Positions 8,290-17,177 of a stretch of 64,000 nucleotides of DNA are shown in pieces. The notes under the pieces were generated by a model, which saw only the letters and a program-made list of their open reading frames with translations, searched no databases and was not told the origin of the DNA. The DNA is from an uncultured Verrucomicrobiota bacterium (GTDB taxonomy: Bacteria > Verrucomicrobiota > Kiritimatiellia > CAYTQP01 > CAYXEW01): assembly GCA_964464115.1 (NCBI GenBank), contig CAYXEW010000001.1, positions 8,740 through 72,739 of the forward strand, in the 5' to 3' direction. Numbering within the stretch: position 1 is the stretch's first letter; each line of letters begins with the position of its first letter. A program made the translations under genes and the position numbers.

Positions 8290-10065
8290 ATGATGCGAAC
8301 ACGTACATGCGGTGAACTTGAACAGAAAAATAGTGGCGAAAAAGTAGAACTGGCAGGTTGGGTGGATACGGTTCGCGATCATGGCGGGATCATTTTTATT
8401 GATTTGCGTGATCGATACGGTCTTACACAGGTTATCTTTGATCCGCGGGATTCACAGGCGGCTTGGGATACGGCGCAGGCTACACGCAGTGAATATGTGA
8501 TCAAGGTTGTCGGCGTGGTGGAGGCCCGTCCGGATGACATGGTGAACCCCAGGTTGCTGACCGGCGGTATAGAAGTGCGGTGCAGTAGTATTGAGGTGTT
8601 GAATAAAAGTCAGACACCTCCTTTTCCGCTGGATGAAAAAGAAGCTCAGAAGGTGTCTGAGGATCTGCGCCTGCAGTACCGCTACCTCGATATACGGCGC
8701 AAATCGGTACAGGAAAATCTGCAGGCTCGACACCGTATTACGCAGGCGGTTCGCAGCTATCTCGACAGCCAGTCGTTTCTCGAAGTGGAAACGCCAATTC
8801 TGAGTAAAAGCACACCGGAAGGAGCGCGCGATTATCTGGTTCCCAGCCGCGTTATGCCCGGCACGTTTTTTGCACTGCCCCAGGCTCCTCAGCAGTACAA
8901 ACAGCTCTTAATGGTGGGAGCTATCGATCGCTATTTTCAAATTGCCCGTTGCTTCAGGGATGAGGACCTGCGTTCCGATCGTCAGCCGGAATTCACCCAG
9001 ATTGATATGGAGATGTCGTTTATAGCACCAGGCGATGTATATGAAACAGTCGATGGCCTGATGACCGCCGTTATGGAGGCAGCGGGGCACGGTCCGCTTC
9101 AGACTCCCATACCCAGGCTGACCTATGACGAGGCGATGAGCCGTTTCGGTTCCGATAAACCGGACCTGCGGTTTGAAATGGAACTCTGTGATTTGAGCGA
9201 TATATTTAGCGCAACCGAATGTAAAGTATTTGCTGCGGTTTTAGCCGCTGGCGGTGTAGTCAAAGCTATTAATGCAAAGGGTTTGGCAGGTGTGTCGGCG
9301 CGAGTGATTGATGATTGGACGACGCTGGCCCGCGATGAAGGTCTTGGCGGACTTGCCTATATCAAAGTTCAGGAGGGCGGCAACTGGAAATCGCCCATTG
9401 TTAAATTCTTCTCTGATGGAGAAAAAGAGGCGCTGCAACAACGCCTTGACATCCAGGAAGGCGACCTGATCCTTTTCGCCGCCGATCAGCCGGCGACGGT
9501 TCACAATGCGCTCGGGCGTCTCAGACTGCTGGCCGCGGAAATGGGGCATCATATACCGGATGACACTTTTTGTTTTACATGGGTGACCGACTTTCCCCTG
9601 TTTGAAAAAAATGAAGAAGGGCGGATTCATGCAATGCATCATCCGTTTACGTCGCCGCACCGTGAGGACCTCGATCAACTGGAGGAGGCACCGCTGAGTG
9701 CCCGGGCACAGGCATACGATCTTGTCTTAAACGGCGTCGAAATTGGTGGCGGCAGCATCCGAATTCACGATCCTGAAGTTCAGCGTAAAATGTTCAGGGT
9801 GCTGGGTATGCGTGAAGAAGAGTACGGGACTCAGTTCGGCCACCTCCTCAAAGCATTATCCTATGGAGCCCCGCCTCATGGCGGCATAGCTTTCGGCCTT
9901 GATCGCCTCGTTATGTTGATGGTGGGAGGAAGCAGTATTCGTGACGTGATTGCCTTTCCGAAAACACAGAAGGCCATGGATCTCATGATAGAAGCGCCGG
10001 CCGGAGTCAGTGAAAAACAGTTGCGCGAAATTTACATCAAAAGTGCCTTACCCGATCAAGAGTAG
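8290..10065 (+). CDS. aspS: aspartyl-tRNA synthetase
   Basis: Begins MRTRTCGEL. It has the N-terminal OB fold, FRDEDLRSDRQPEFTQIDMEMSF, and the C-terminal GGGSIRIHD and GLDRLVMLM motifs. It is 591 aa. Confidence 0.9.
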   Translation: MMRTRTCGELEQKNSGEKVELAGWVDTVRDHGGIIFIDLRDRYGLTQVIFDPRDSQAAWDTAQATRSEYVIKVVGVVEARPDDMVNPRLLTGGIEVRCSSIEVLNKSQTPPFPLDEKEAQKVSEDLRLQYRYLDIRRKSVQENLQARHRITQAVRSYLDSQSFLEVETPILSKSTPEGARDYLVPSRVMPGTFFALPQAPQQYKQLLMVGAIDRYFQIARCFRDEDLRSDRQPEFTQIDMEMSFIAPGDVYETVDGLMTAVMEAAGHGPLQTPIPRLTYDEAMSRFGSDKPDLRFEMELCDLSDIFSATECKVFAAVLAAGGVVKAINAKGLAGVSARVIDDWTTLARDEGLGGLAYIKVQEGGNWKSPIVKFFSDGEKEALQQRLDIQEGDLILFAADQPATVHNALGRLRLLAAEMGHHIPDDTFCFTWVTDFPLFEKNEEGRIHAMHHPFTSPHREDLDQLEEAPLSARAQAYDLVLNGVEIGGGSIRIHDPEVQRKMFRVLGMREEEYGTQFGHLLKALSYGAPPHGGIAFGLDRLVMLMVGGSSIRDVIAFPKTQKAMDLMIEAPAGVSEKQLREIYIKSALPDQE

Positions 10066-10102
10066 GGGGATGATGGCGTCGCCGGATTCCCGATGCCGTT
10101 AT

Positions 10103-11062
10103 CTACTCGCCGGTGTATCCGCCCATCGCATGATACTTATCATATCGCTGCTGCAGTAGTGTTTCCACAGGGAGTTGCTGCAGCTCGGCGAGATGCTCAA
10201 GAAGTGCCTGTTTGACATTGGCCGTCGCCACTTCCCAGTCGGCGTGCGCGCCACCTTCCGGTTCTTTAATAATCGCGTCTGCCATTTTGTTCTTTTTGAG
10301 GTCAGTGGCTGTCAGCTTCAATGCTTCAGCAGCTTTGTCAGCATATGCACGGTCTTTCCATAGAATCGCTGCACAGCCCTCAGGGGATATGACCGAATAG
10401 TAGGCGTTTTCCATAACGAGCACCCTGTCTCCGACACCGATGCCGAGAGCTCCACCACTGCCGCCTTCACCCGTGATACAGACTATGATCGGCACTTTGA
10501 TCTTAAACATTTCGCGCAGATTAACGGCAATGGCTTCGGCGATGTGGCGTTCTTCCGATTCGATGCCGGGATAGGCTCCCGGCGTATCGATCAACGTGAT
10601 CAGCGGCAAGCCGAATTTATCAGCCATTTTCATCAGACGCAGTGCCTTGCGGTAACCTTCAGGATAGGCACATCCAAAATTGCATTCCAGGTTACCCTTG
10701 GTATCCCGTCCTTTCTGCGTACAGATGATCATCGTTTTGTGCCCATCCAATGTAGCGGGGCCTCCAATGATAGCGCGGTCATCCGCATGTATACGATCTC
10801 CGTGCAGTTCTGTAAAATCCGTTGTGATGCTCTTGATATAGTCAATAGGGTAGGGCCGCTTCGGATGACGAGCCACCAGCACTTTCTGCCAAGGTGTCAG
10901 GTTACTGTAGATTTCGCGCCGCAGCTCCAGTATCTTTTCTTCCATACGGGAAACTTCAAGGGATACATCAATGTCCTGCTTTTCACTGAAATCCCGCAAT
11001 TCCTGCATTTTTTTTTCGAGCTCAACAATGGGCTTTTCAAATGGTAGTGTAAATGTATTCAT
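10103..11062 (-). CDS. accA: acetyl-CoA carboxylase carboxyltransferase alpha subunit
   Basis: MNTFTLPFEKPIVELE... reads as AccA along its full length (PGAYPGIESEERHIAEAI, ITGEGGSGGALG). I place the start at the Met preceded by GGGAG, which gives 319 aa; the ORF track extends it to 11089. Confidence 0.88.
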   Translation of the reverse strand: MNTFTLPFEKPIVELEKKMQELRDFSEKQDIDVSLEVSRMEEKILELRREIYSNLTPWQKVLVARHPKRPYPIDYIKSITTDFTELHGDRIHADDRAIIGGPATLDGHKTMIICTQKGRDTKGNLECNFGCAYPEGYRKALRLMKMADKFGLPLITLIDTPGAYPGIESEERHIAEAIAVNLREMFKIKVPIIVCITGEGGSGGALGIGVGDRVLVMENAYYSVISPEGCAAILWKDRAYADKAAEALKLTATDLKKNKMADAIIKEPEGGAHADWEVATANVKQALLEHLAELQQLPVETLLQQRYDKYHAMGGYTGE

Positions 11063-11093
11063 GATCTGACTCCCGAGAACCTGTTTCATGCTG

Positions 11094-12107
11094 TTAATCC
11101 TGTATGACGACCTCCGTGCCGGAAGGTATTAGACTGAATAGTTCCTCTACATCGCTGTTCAACAGTCTCACGCAACCTGCACTCTCATATTTACCAATAG
11201 TTTCGGGTTCCCACGTACCGTGTATTCCGTACCCGCGCAGAGCGGTATCTTCTCTGGCAATGAGTTGTAGCCAATGAGTTCCCAACACGTTTTCGGGATC
11301 ACCATACGGCACCTGCTTGCCGTCAGAGCGCCACCATGGGGGGTGCACTATACGGTCGCCGACCGTAAACAGACCTTCAGGTGTTTTGCTGTATTTACCC
11401 GTACCGATACGGTACGTTTTGAAATAGCGATCATTCAGGTAAACGGTTAGTATATTGTCGCTTTTATCGACAGTGATGCGGAACGTACCTTGCAGTACCC
11501 TCAAAATATCACCCACACGAATCAGGTCGCCCTTTATGTTGTTGCTCTTTCTGAGCAATTCAATCGTTGTGCCGTAAGTGGATGCAATTTTGCCCAGTGA
11601 GTCACCGCTTTTGACAATATACTGCGTCTTTTCCGGCATCATATACGGATCCATTACAAGCGATGTATGGATCTCATCCAGCATCTTCGCAGCGTTTTGG
11701 GCGGCGGCGGTGCCTTCGGCTGATTCGAGGATTTGAAAACAGAGATTGCGCGACTCGAGCAGTTGCTGCTGATTCTTGAGTTCACGTGCCTGAATAAGCA
11801 GATTAGCAACCTCTGCGGGCTCAGCTGTCGGTATTGCTCCAACCGGTCGGGGTTCTGACGATACAGACACAGGGTTCACTGTTTCCAGTGCCGGTGCCGT
11901 CTCCGGCACTTCGCTGTGCACGGTAACTTCAGCGACTGTAAGAGCCTGTTCAACTGCCGACGTTTCGGGCTGATCCGCGCGTTTGCGCTCTTTAACGACA
12001 GCTACGCGCCAACCGATTAAGGCGGCCGCCAGCAGGAAAAAAACGATGAGAAGAAGCGTAGGACGTTTTCTTCTGTCGAAATTCTTTTTTACATAAATAT
12101 CTGTCAT
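11094..12107 (-). CDS. LysM domain-containing L,D-transpeptidase (YkuD family)
   Basis: A LysM motif (YIVKSGDSLGKIASTYGTTIELLRKSNNI) is followed by a YkuD catalytic region (HGT...SAGCVRL). There is an N-terminal TM anchor. Confidence 0.8.
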   Translation of the reverse strand: MTDIYVKKNFDRRKRPTLLLIVFFLLAAALIGWRVAVVKERKRADQPETSAVEQALTVAEVTVHSEVPETAPALETVNPVSVSSEPRPVGAIPTAEPAEVANLLIQARELKNQQQLLESRNLCFQILESAEGTAAAQNAAKMLDEIHTSLVMDPYMMPEKTQYIVKSGDSLGKIASTYGTTIELLRKSNNIKGDLIRVGDILRVLQGTFRITVDKSDNILTVYLNDRYFKTYRIGTGKYSKTPEGLFTVGDRIVHPPWWRSDGKQVPYGDPENVLGTHWLQLIAREDTALRGYGIHGTWEPETIGKYESAGCVRLLNSDVEELFSLIPSGTEVVIQD

Positions 12108-12190
12108 ATCTAACGGGAATGTATTGCTACTGTCAAAGGTGTACAGTAGCGTTGAAATATTAACTTGGCAAGACAGGATCAGTTTTAGTT

Positions 12191-12973
12191 ATGGTATCTT
12201 TTCTTAGAAATGTGATGTGGAATAATTCCGTCAGAGGAGCCGTCAAGGTGTTGCTCATCTGCAACATTGTTATCTTTTTATTTCAAACGCTGTTGGATGC
12301 GGCATCGGGCGGACTCTTTACCTATCTTTTCGGGCTCAGCGCTGAAGGTATCAGCCGGGGCTTTTACTGGCAATTCGTTACCTATCAGTTTTTGCACGGC
12401 AATCTCATGCATATCCTGTTTAATATGATGGCCCTCTACTTCCTGGGGCCGGTGACGCTGCAGACTGTAGGAAACCGGCACTTCCTCATCATCTATCTGA
12501 TGAGCGGTGTGTTAGGCGGCCTGGGTTGGATTCAGATGCATCCTTATTCGGGCTATTTTTGCGTGGGGGCTTCCGGATCGGTCGTGGGGGTTGTAGCCGC
12601 ATTCACCATACTGTTTCCCAATCGGCCTATGATGCTGCTCATTTTCCCTTTCCGTCCGTTTAAGGCCTGGGTACTTGCGGTCGGTATTTTGGTAATAGAA
12701 TTTTTGCTGATGCTCGCGCGGCCGGGAGGCGGTATAGCACACAGTGTCCATTTGATGGGGGGCATGGTCGGAGCTGTGTACACGTTGATTGTATTCAGAA
12801 GAGACTGGTTGATCCATCGTATGAGTGGTCGTCACCGCATGCGTCGCCCTCCGACAATTTCACGCGATGAAGTGGACCGCATTCTCGATAAAATCAGCCG
12901 CCAGGGCATAGGTTCACTGACACCCAGAGAGCGAGCTGTACTTAAAGACGCCAGCGAGAGAAGGCAGATATAG
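12191..12973 (+). CDS. rhomboid family intramembrane serine protease
   Basis: GASGSV on one helix and HLMGGMVGA on another supply the catalytic Ser/His dyad. The protein is polytopic, with a basic cytoplasmic tail of about 60 aa at the C-terminus. Confidence 0.8.
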   Translation: MVSFLRNVMWNNSVRGAVKVLLICNIVIFLFQTLLDAASGGLFTYLFGLSAEGISRGFYWQFVTYQFLHGNLMHILFNMMALYFLGPVTLQTVGNRHFLIIYLMSGVLGGLGWIQMHPYSGYFCVGASGSVVGVVAAFTILFPNRPMMLLIFPFRPFKAWVLAVGILVIEFLLMLARPGGGIAHSVHLMGGMVGAVYTLIVFRRDWLIHRMSGRHRMRRPPTISRDEVDRILDKISRQGIGSLTPRERAVLKDASERRQI

Positions 12974-13064
12974 ATCGCTCAGACGCGGAGTTGACAGGGT
13001 AGGCATTCAGCGTTTGGCTACTGTTGATTCCAGCCTGTATTATTCATGAGTTCAAAATGCAGGG

Positions 13065-13862
13065 CTAGGGCTGCACCGATTCCTGTCTGTCTGTTGGGAC
13101 CTTTAAAATAGTCAACGTAGCGATGGCAGCTCTCTTTTCCGCCTGGCGTCGGTTTCGGCCTTCGCCTCGTCCATAACGCGTCTCTCCAATATAGACGTCG
13201 ACCGTATAGTGCCTGTCATGTGGGGGCCCCATCTCTTCTGTCACCCTGTAATGTGGTGTATGGGGCAGGTGTTTTTGGCACCACTCCTGCAAGGCACCTT
13301 TTGGATTATGATACTCATCAGAATCCAATCCCGAATAATACGGAATAAAGAGTTGTTTGACGACTTTCTGCACCGCTTTATATCCGCCGTCTTCGTAGGC
13401 GGCCCCCAGAACAGATTCTACGGCATCCGACAACACAGCATCCGTCTGCCGGACACCCTTACCAAGTCGAATATAGTCCTGAATGCTGATTTCACGGCTG
13501 ATCTCCAACAGCGCATCCCGATTGGTAATACGGCTGCGTTGCCGGGTCATATCTCCTTCCGCGAGATCCGGGCAGGTCTTATAGAGATAAGCCGCTATCG
13601 CTGCTCCCAGCATGGCATCCCCGAGAAACTCGAGGCGCTGGTTGTCCGGCGTATCCTCACCCGTTTCATTGCTGAATGAGGGGTGAGTTAAAGCTGTCTG
13701 CAAAAGTTTGTTCTTCTTAAATCTGTAGCCCAGCCTTTTTTCCAGTTTTTTATAGTTGTCGGTCATTACAGCATATTTCGAGATCCATACTCGGTTAGGA
13801 GAATACGTCAACATGTATCGTCTACCGCATGACCGCCTTGTAATCCAGTCTTTTTTAAACAC
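13065..13862 (-). CDS. rnc: ribonuclease III
   Basis: Signature ERLEFLGDAMLG, with a C-terminal dsRBD (ALQEWCQ...GEGRNRRQAEKRAA). The biological start is probably the internal Met at 13766 (MTDNYKKLEKRLGY...). Confidence 0.85.
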   Translation of the reverse strand: MFKKDWITRRSCGRRYMLTYSPNRVWISKYAVMTDNYKKLEKRLGYRFKKNKLLQTALTHPSFSNETGEDTPDNQRLEFLGDAMLGAAIAAYLYKTCPDLAEGDMTRQRSRITNRDALLEISREISIQDYIRLGKGVRQTDAVLSDAVESVLGAAYEDGGYKAVQKVVKQLFIPYYSGLDSDEYHNPKGALQEWCQKHLPHTPHYRVTEEMGPPHDRHYTVDVYIGETRYGRGEGRNRRQAEKRAAIATLTILKVPTDRQESVQP

Positions 13863-14123
13863 TTAAAGCCAGTCTAATCTGCCTTATTTATATTGAAGCG
13901 TCGCTCGTTTTTTGCTTCTCTGCTTTTGATGGCAGGAAAACTGGAAATTGAGTTTGAAGGAACTTCTTACCATGTGATGTGTAGGGGCTGTTGTCAGAAA
14001 TCTGATTGTAAGGATGAAAAGAGAGTATGAGCTATTCCCTGACAGTCTGGAGAAGATGGCCGAACGAAACCGGTCGACGGATCCATGTTTTTGTTCTGTT
14101 GATCAATTAATGGGGGATGCTCT

Positions 14124-14651
14124 GTGGAATCTGAAAAAACCAAAAATGGATTAGGCGGTCAGCCTCCAAGTGAGAGAGTCAAGCGAATCGGTGGTTACCT
14201 TCACCGGGTGATCCCCATTGCTGACGGCGCGGGCAAAGTGCTAAACTACGCTCTCAGTCCGTTGATGGTTGAGTTTCGCCCCAGAGACCTCATGCAGGTC
14301 ATTGTGGGAGCCTCTATTTTGGCTGTCCCGGTAGCTTTTACAGAGGAAACATGGAACTTGGGAGATCAGTTACCTTTTTACAATGTGCTGGCGCTGAGTG
14401 CTCTCTCTCTTCTCTTCATTGCCCTTTTTGTGTATTTTAATTTCTATCGATTTGCCTTCAAAGGGCATGCGTTAGAGTATTGTAAGCGTGTGGCGGCCAC
14501 CTATACTTTTTCGCTGTTTCTAGTAGGTGTCATTTTGACCATCATTCAGAAATGTCCATGGGGTTCCGACAATATACTCGCAGTGAAGAGAATTCTCATA
14601 GTGTCCTTTCCGGCCTCCATGAGCGCTGCCGTCAGTGACACACTGAAATAG
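14124..14651 (+). CDS. hypothetical integral membrane protein (possibly of the DUF2391 / TIGR02587 type)
   Basis: 175 aa with three to four hydrophobic helices. I only vaguely recognise the family. Confidence 0.45.
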   Translation: MESEKTKNGLGGQPPSERVKRIGGYLHRVIPIADGAGKVLNYALSPLMVEFRPRDLMQVIVGASILAVPVAFTEETWNLGDQLPFYNVLALSALSLLFIALFVYFNFYRFAFKGHALEYCKRVAATYTFSLFLVGVILTIIQKCPWGSDNILAVKRILIVSFPASMSAAVSDTLK

Positions 14652-14748
14652 GAATACGTCGGATGAGCTGCTGCAGGACATCATCGTTAAAAGGCTCCAC
14701 TTGCCGACGCTTTCGCAGGTAGTGAACGGGGTTGTAAGAGATCCCCTA

Positions 14749-14778
14749 ATCAAAAAAACCGATTATTTAGTCGGCAAA
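14749..14778 (-). terminator. rho-independent terminator of the tRNA-Met gene
   Basis: On the minus strand the tRNA 3' end is followed by the hairpin CCGACTAAATAATCGG and a run of seven T residues. Confidence 0.55.
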
Positions 14779-14780
14779 AG

Positions 14781-14857
14781 TGGTAGCGGGGGCAGGATTT
14801 GAACCTGCGACCTTCAGGTTATGAGCCTGACGAGCTGCCTGGCTGCTCCACCCCGCA
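14781..14857 (-). tRNA. tRNA-Met (anticodon CAU), initiator type
   Basis: The reverse complement folds as a cloverleaf with CCA encoded and anticodon loop CUCAUAA. It is nearly identical to E. coli tRNA-fMet, including the A11:U24 pair. Position 1:72 is unpaired (U1 against U72), and GG/CC pairs are present in the anticodon stem. Confidence 0.85.
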
Positions 14858-14932
14858 ATCAGTTGGTTTTAAGCAAGGCCTCCGAAGATGCACCTTGCTT
14901 GAAATCTTTACAAGTACTTTTCCAAACCTTTT

Positions 14933-15508
14933 TTAGAATTGTACTGCTGGGGCCGTCTCTGCACCTTCCGCCGCTTCAAATGAAGCCCGCTTCTCAAATC
15001 CAAACATTCCCGCCAATACAGTATTTGGGAATTTTCTGATCGCTATGTTATAGCCCCTGACGGCTTCGTTGTAGCGCCGGCGCTCGACCGATATGCGATT
15101 TTCGGTACCTGCCAGTTCATGCTGAAGGCTGAGGAAGTTCTGATTCGATTTGAGTTCAGGATATTTTTCAACAACGACCATCAAACGTCCCAGTGCACCT
15201 TCCAGCATAGAAGCGGCTTGTGCTTTTTGACCGGGCGATTTTGCTTCACCCCATTGACTGCGCAGACGGGTTACCTCCGTCAGCACATCCTGTTCCTGTT
15301 TGGCAAAGCCTTTTACAGTGTTGACCAGATTAGGGATCAGGTCGTATCTGCGCTGGAGTACGGTTTCCACATTGGCCCAGGCGTTATCGACCGTCTCTTC
15401 CTGTTCTATAAAGCTGTTGTACTTACCTTTTACACAGCCATACGGCAGACCTAGTACCAGGAAAATGATTCCAATGGTAATCAGCAATTTAGTCATTTTA
15501 GGTGACAT
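14933..15508 (-). CDS. LemA family protein
   Basis: An N-terminal TM anchor is followed by the LemA core (AWANVETVLQRRYDLIPNLV...KYPELKSNQNF...ERRRYNEAV). Confidence 0.85.
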   Translation of the reverse strand: MSPKMTKLLITIGIIFLVLGLPYGCVKGKYNSFIEQEETVDNAWANVETVLQRRYDLIPNLVNTVKGFAKQEQDVLTEVTRLRSQWGEAKSPGQKAQAASMLEGALGRLMVVVEKYPELKSNQNFLSLQHELAGTENRISVERRRYNEAVRGYNIAIRKFPNTVLAGMFGFEKRASFEAAEGAETAPAVQF

Positions 15509-15520
15509 GGTGTTTCTCCT

Positions 15521-16219
15521 CTATATTTGATCTACTTTATCAACTAGTTTTTCTATCGTTTTTAAATACGTTGCAAAGAGTTCTTTTACGTTGAGATTGG
15601 ACGCTTTGACCGATTCGCTCTTCAGCGCGTTCACGCTTTTCAACACACTCAAGTCCAGTTCAGTATACTTTTCAAGGAGTTCGGAGGCCTCCTGTTTTTT
15701 TGCAGGAACATCGTCGGTGTAAAGCCGCACCACAGCCCGCGTCAAAATGAGGAATGTTCCGATGGAGTGGATCATGAGCTCTTTTATAGCTTTGTCCTTT
15801 TCCCGCGTCAACAGGTAACGCTGTCGCAACTGAATGAGTTTGCCTTTGAGTTCATGCTCAATCTCGAGGCGCAGGTTTTCCCGGCTGACGTCTACTTCTT
15901 TCAACACATCCAGCCCATAGAGCACTTTGTGAGAGTCCTGCATGTCGAGCAGTTCAATGGGAAAAACATCGGCAGACTGCTTCAGTCGTTCACGGGTAAA
16001 GAGAAGGGGCGGGGGATTTCCTTTTCGGTTCCACTGCAAACTTATTTTCTGCAGTTTATTCAACTCGGATATATTGAGGTCTTCAGCGACGATAAGGAGG
16101 TTGTAATCCGAGTGCCTGCCCGTGTAATCACCGGCCGCCGCCGATCCATACAGAATGACAGCCACTGTGTTGTCCGCCCAGGCCTGCTTGATTTTTTCTG
16201 TCATTTGTTCTGGTGTCAT
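15521..16219 (-). CDS. nucleotidyltransferase-domain protein (Pol-beta superfamily) with a C-terminal helical domain
   Basis: GS-x9-D motif in VILYGSAAAGDYTGRHSDYNLLIV. The second acidic residue of the usual DxD is Asn, so the protein may be non-catalytic. It is about 232 aa and sits between the TPM and LemA genes. Confidence 0.55.
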   Translation of the reverse strand: MTPEQMTEKIKQAWADNTVAVILYGSAAAGDYTGRHSDYNLLIVAEDLNISELNKLQKISLQWNRKGNPPPLLFTRERLKQSADVFPIELLDMQDSHKVLYGLDVLKEVDVSRENLRLEIEHELKGKLIQLRQRYLLTREKDKAIKELMIHSIGTFLILTRAVVRLYTDDVPAKKQEASELLEKYTELDLSVLKSVNALKSESVKASNLNVKELFATYLKTIEKLVDKVDQI

Positions 16220-16240
16220 ATTTCTTACTCCTTTTCTAAA

Positions 16241-17059
16241 TTACCATCGTCCCCCGGCTCCTCCGCCCCCGGACATACCGCCGCCAAAGCCGCCGCCACT
16301 GAATCCACCGCCGCCACCGCGTCCGCCGCGACCGGAACTGAGGATCATTAAAAAAAGAAAGGGGTGGCGAATCGCAAGGTACCCCAAACCTATGAAGACC
16401 AGAATGTCGATGATGGAAATGCCCCGTTTTTCCCGTTTGTCTGGCGGGGCTCCAGTCATTTCACCGTCCAGGCTGACATTATATTCCCGGGCCACCAGTT
16501 GGGCCGCTCGAACCGTCCCGTTGACCAGTCCTTCTGAATAGCGACCTTCTTTAAAAGCCGGAATGATAATCCTGTCAATAATGTCTCCGACGACAGCGTC
16601 CGGGAGGCCTCCCTCCAGGCCATAGCCCACTTCTATCCATATTTCCCGCTCTTGCTGAGCCATCAGAATCAGCAGTCCATTATCTTTACCTCGCTGCCCA
16701 ATACCCCAGCCTTCAAACAGGCGGGTGGCAACATCGCGTATTTCGCCGCCTTTGAGAGAGGGCAGGGTGACCAGTTTTATTTGACTGCCTGTTTTCTGCT
16801 CCAGTGTTCTGCTGACGCTCTTGATTACCGTTGCGTCCCTTTGCTGGACCACCCCGGCAAAGTCATACACATAGCCCGGTTTTTTACTGCGTATGAGTTG
16901 TTTTAGCAGTTGATCACTTTCGACCGCCCCGTTTGCACAGAAGGGCAGCGCACACAGTATCAAAACACTGCAGAAAGCTATGGACAGTCGAATCTTGTTT
17001 GACTTCATGGAACAGACCGTAGCATGGATGATACACGGCTTACAAAACAATATTTTCAA
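16241..17059 (-). CDS. TPM-domain (YgcG/DUF477-like) protein with a Gly-rich C-terminal tail
   Basis: Signal peptide, TPM fold region, a TM segment and a GGRGGGGGFSGGGFGGG tail. It partners with LemA as in the usual LemA-TPM gene pairs. Confidence 0.75.
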   Translation of the reverse strand: MKILFCKPCIIHATVCSMKSNKIRLSIAFCSVLILCALPFCANGAVESDQLLKQLIRSKKPGYVYDFAGVVQQRDATVIKSVSRTLEQKTGSQIKLVTLPSLKGGEIRDVATRLFEGWGIGQRGKDNGLLILMAQQEREIWIEVGYGLEGGLPDAVVGDIIDRIIIPAFKEGRYSEGLVNGTVRAAQLVAREYNVSLDGEMTGAPPDKREKRGISIIDILVFIGLGYLAIRHPFLFLMILSSGRGGRGGGGGFSGGGFGGGMSGGGGAGGRW

Positions 17060-17177
17060 CAGTCTCCGTCTGTATCAACATCGCCACAAGTTCGGTCCCG
17101 CCATTCTCTACCGAAAATATAACTATTATTTGTTATTGCGGATGGCTCAGCATATTTCGTAGTACTGCAATACGTAG

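Noticed and set aside
16155-16541. Proline-rich ORF (PPAPPPPDIPPPKPPPLNPPPPPRPPRPE)
   Set aside because: It is the antisense mirror of the Gly-rich (GGC/GGN) tail of the TPM-domain gene on the other strand, not an independent gene.
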